A DNA stretch of 64,000 bases from a virus (Duplodnaviria; Heunggongvirae; Uroviricota; Caudoviricetes), in the IMG/VR virus record IMGVR_UViG_3300017788_000010, one strand, 5' to 3'. This document shows, one piece after another, positions 62,632-64,000 of this stretch. The notes below the pieces were generated by a model. That model saw only the letters and a program-made list of their open reading frames with translations, made no database searches and was not told the origin of the DNA. Position 1 is the stretch's first letter. Every line of letters starts with the position of its first letter. Made by a program: the position numbers and the translations under genes.

Positions 62632-63171
62632 ATGCGAGAAGAAGACCCGTTTAAGCATCTTTTTGAAGATGAAAGCTATAAGCGCGCTATGAAGAAAGCT
62701 ACTCCAGACAAGGAGTCGCTCGTTCATAACCAAAAAGCACAAGACCATAAGAAACTGCAAGAGCTTTCCGGCGGTACGTTGAACTTCAATGTCGCCACCA
62801 GCTCCCAGTGGTCAATGACTAAATGCGTGGATTACATCAACGCCCTTTGCATACAGAACGGCGTTCGTAATTGGAATACGACCGTGGCGTCTTCGAGAGC
62901 GACTCTGGAACTAAAGAAGCTCTTGGCGGCAATTATTCCCAAGTACTACGCTAGCAGAGTCGAAGCCATCAAAGCCATTCAATGGATTATCGAGAACTGG
63001 GTAAATTTTGAAAAGAGCTATCCCAGAGCCGCAGAAATTGGGTTCAGTATCCCGTACTGGGCCAAGGCCTGGGACAAGATAAAAAAATTCCAAGAATTAT
63101 CAACACAGGCCAATGAGAAAGAGTTATATTTAGACAGACCGCTATACGACTTGGACAACTTTCTTAAGTAA
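62632..63171 (+). CDS. Hypothetical protein (179 aa)
   Basis: ORF following the low-complexity region. Lys/Glu-rich. Confidence 0.55.
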   Translation: MREEDPFKHLFEDESYKRAMKKATPDKESLVHNQKAQDHKKLQELSGGTLNFNVATSSQWSMTKCVDYINALCIQNGVRNWNTTVASSRATLELKKLLAAIIPKYYASRVEAIKAIQWIIENWVNFEKSYPRAAEIGFSIPYWAKAWDKIKKFQELSTQANEKELYLDRPLYDLDNFLK

Positions 63172-63172
63172 T

Positions 63173-64000
63173 ATGCTTACTACGAGACTAAACGACGCGA
63201 CCTTTATCATCGGCTCCGCTACTTACACAGCGGGCCAGCCTATTCAACTAACAGCAGATGAGCAAACCAAGCTTTCACAGCTGGTCTCACTCGCTCCGGT
63301 ATTACGGGATCAAAAGCCCGTCCTTATGAATCTATGCCACTCAACAGAAGGGGCGTATAACAAAGAGCTCGCTGTAGAGTTTTTCAATTTTGAACAAACG
63401 TCGAGAGATTTCACTTATATCAGCTCTACGCTGATGCACAATATCTGCCAGCGCCTAGGCGGAATGCTGCCTTTGAGTATAAACACAGAGGCCGGGTCGG
63501 AAGGCGTGTTTGTTCGTCCTATCGGTAATCCGAACGAAAGTGTTGTTCTCACGACAGATATCGTTCGCAAGGCGTCGCGCTTCAGCTCTCTTATTGGGGA
63601 TGTTCGCAGCTTCATAGCTGCTCTTATAAAGCCGACAGCCATAGAAGAGGCCGCTGTATCTTCGCTCACTCTCAAGTCCGCCAACTGGCCGCTGATGGGC
63701 GCTCCGTACGTCAAGACAAAAACGGAGCTTCTAACGATGCCGTTCAATTCAGCCGACGAGTGGGATTCGTTCAAGTGGTCAGCTATAGAGAACAGCGCAT
63801 TTGATAGAACTATACTAGACGCTCTAGGCGCCTCTCTATCGCACGAAAATAGGCTAGGTGGAGTCATAAACGGCTCCGCTCCTTTCAGAAATATCACATT
63901 GCTAATAGGTGAGAAAGAGACGCTAGGTCTCAATCTATCTGAAGTTCCGGACGATATGCAGAGAACACAGCTGCTCAAACGCGAAGCTACCCGCGTAAAA
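63173..64000 (+). CDS. Hypothetical protein, N-terminal 276 aa; gene continues beyond the window end
   Basis: ATG at 63173 lies 2 nt after the upstream stop. The frame is open to position 64000, so it is absent from the ORF track (unterminated). The overlapping minus ORF 63415..63978 is judged antisense. Confidence 0.5.
   Translation, partial: MLTTRLNDATFIIGSATYTAGQPIQLTADEQTKLSQLVSLAPVLRDQKPVLMNLCHSTEGAYNKELAVEFFNFEQTSRDFTYISSTLMHNICQRLGGMLPLSINTEAGSEGVFVRPIGNPNESVVLTTDIVRKASRFSSLIGDVRSFIAALIKPTAIEEAAVSSLTLKSANWPLMGAPYVKTKTELLTMPFNSADEWDSFKWSAIENSAFDRTILDALGASLSHENRLGGVINGSAPFRNITLLIGEKETLGLNLSEVPDDMQRTQLLKREATRVK

Noticed and set aside
63415-63978. 187-aa minus-strand ORF from the ORF track
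   Set aside because: It lies antisense to a longer plus-strand frame that is open from the ATG at 63173 to the window end and directly follows the upstream gene.

Overview
This window reads as part of a large virulent-type bacteriophage genome, about 48-50% GC with several 60-70% GC islands.

- **Structural module (1-20 kb and 45-55 kb):** long leftward structural/virion operons on the minus strand. They include a 3752-aa giant fibre-like protein with a C-terminal beta-helix (depolymerase-like) region, an SF2/SNF2-like helicase, a phage sigma-70 factor and two metallophosphoesterases.
- **Accessory region (20-45 kb):** a tRNA cluster, a MazG-like NTP pyrophosphohydrolase, a beta-helix tailspike-like protein, an SPFH protein, and a 13-gene minus-strand glycan-biosynthesis cluster (two SDR epimerase/dehydratases, GT10-like fucosyltransferase, GT8, GT17-like, several GT2, two SAM methyltransferases) plus a DUF115/Maf-like gene. 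The tRNA cluster holds Ser-UGA, Val-UAC, Pro-UGG and two tRNA-Leu genes (UAA, UAG), each interrupted at the anticodon by a roughly 750-800-nt group I intron. One intron carries an HNH homing endonuclease; the other carries an antisense ORF with an N-terminal HTH and a LAGLIDADG-like motif.
- **Candidate novel system (55.6-60.65 kb):** a translationally coupled plus-strand operon of a retron-type reverse transcriptase, two unknown proteins, a JAB/JAMM metalloprotease, a ThiF/MoeB E1-like protein and a ThiS/MoaD-like beta-grasp protein.
- **Other signals:** a 16-nt promoter-like motif TTGTG(G/T)CATAAGATAT recurs six times upstream of plus-strand genes. Highly structured non-coding regions lie at 60.7-61.6 kb (a degenerate tRNA-Ala-like gene, an AT-palindrome-flanked GC hairpin element, a roughly 390-bp imperfect palindrome) and at 62.3-62.6 kb.
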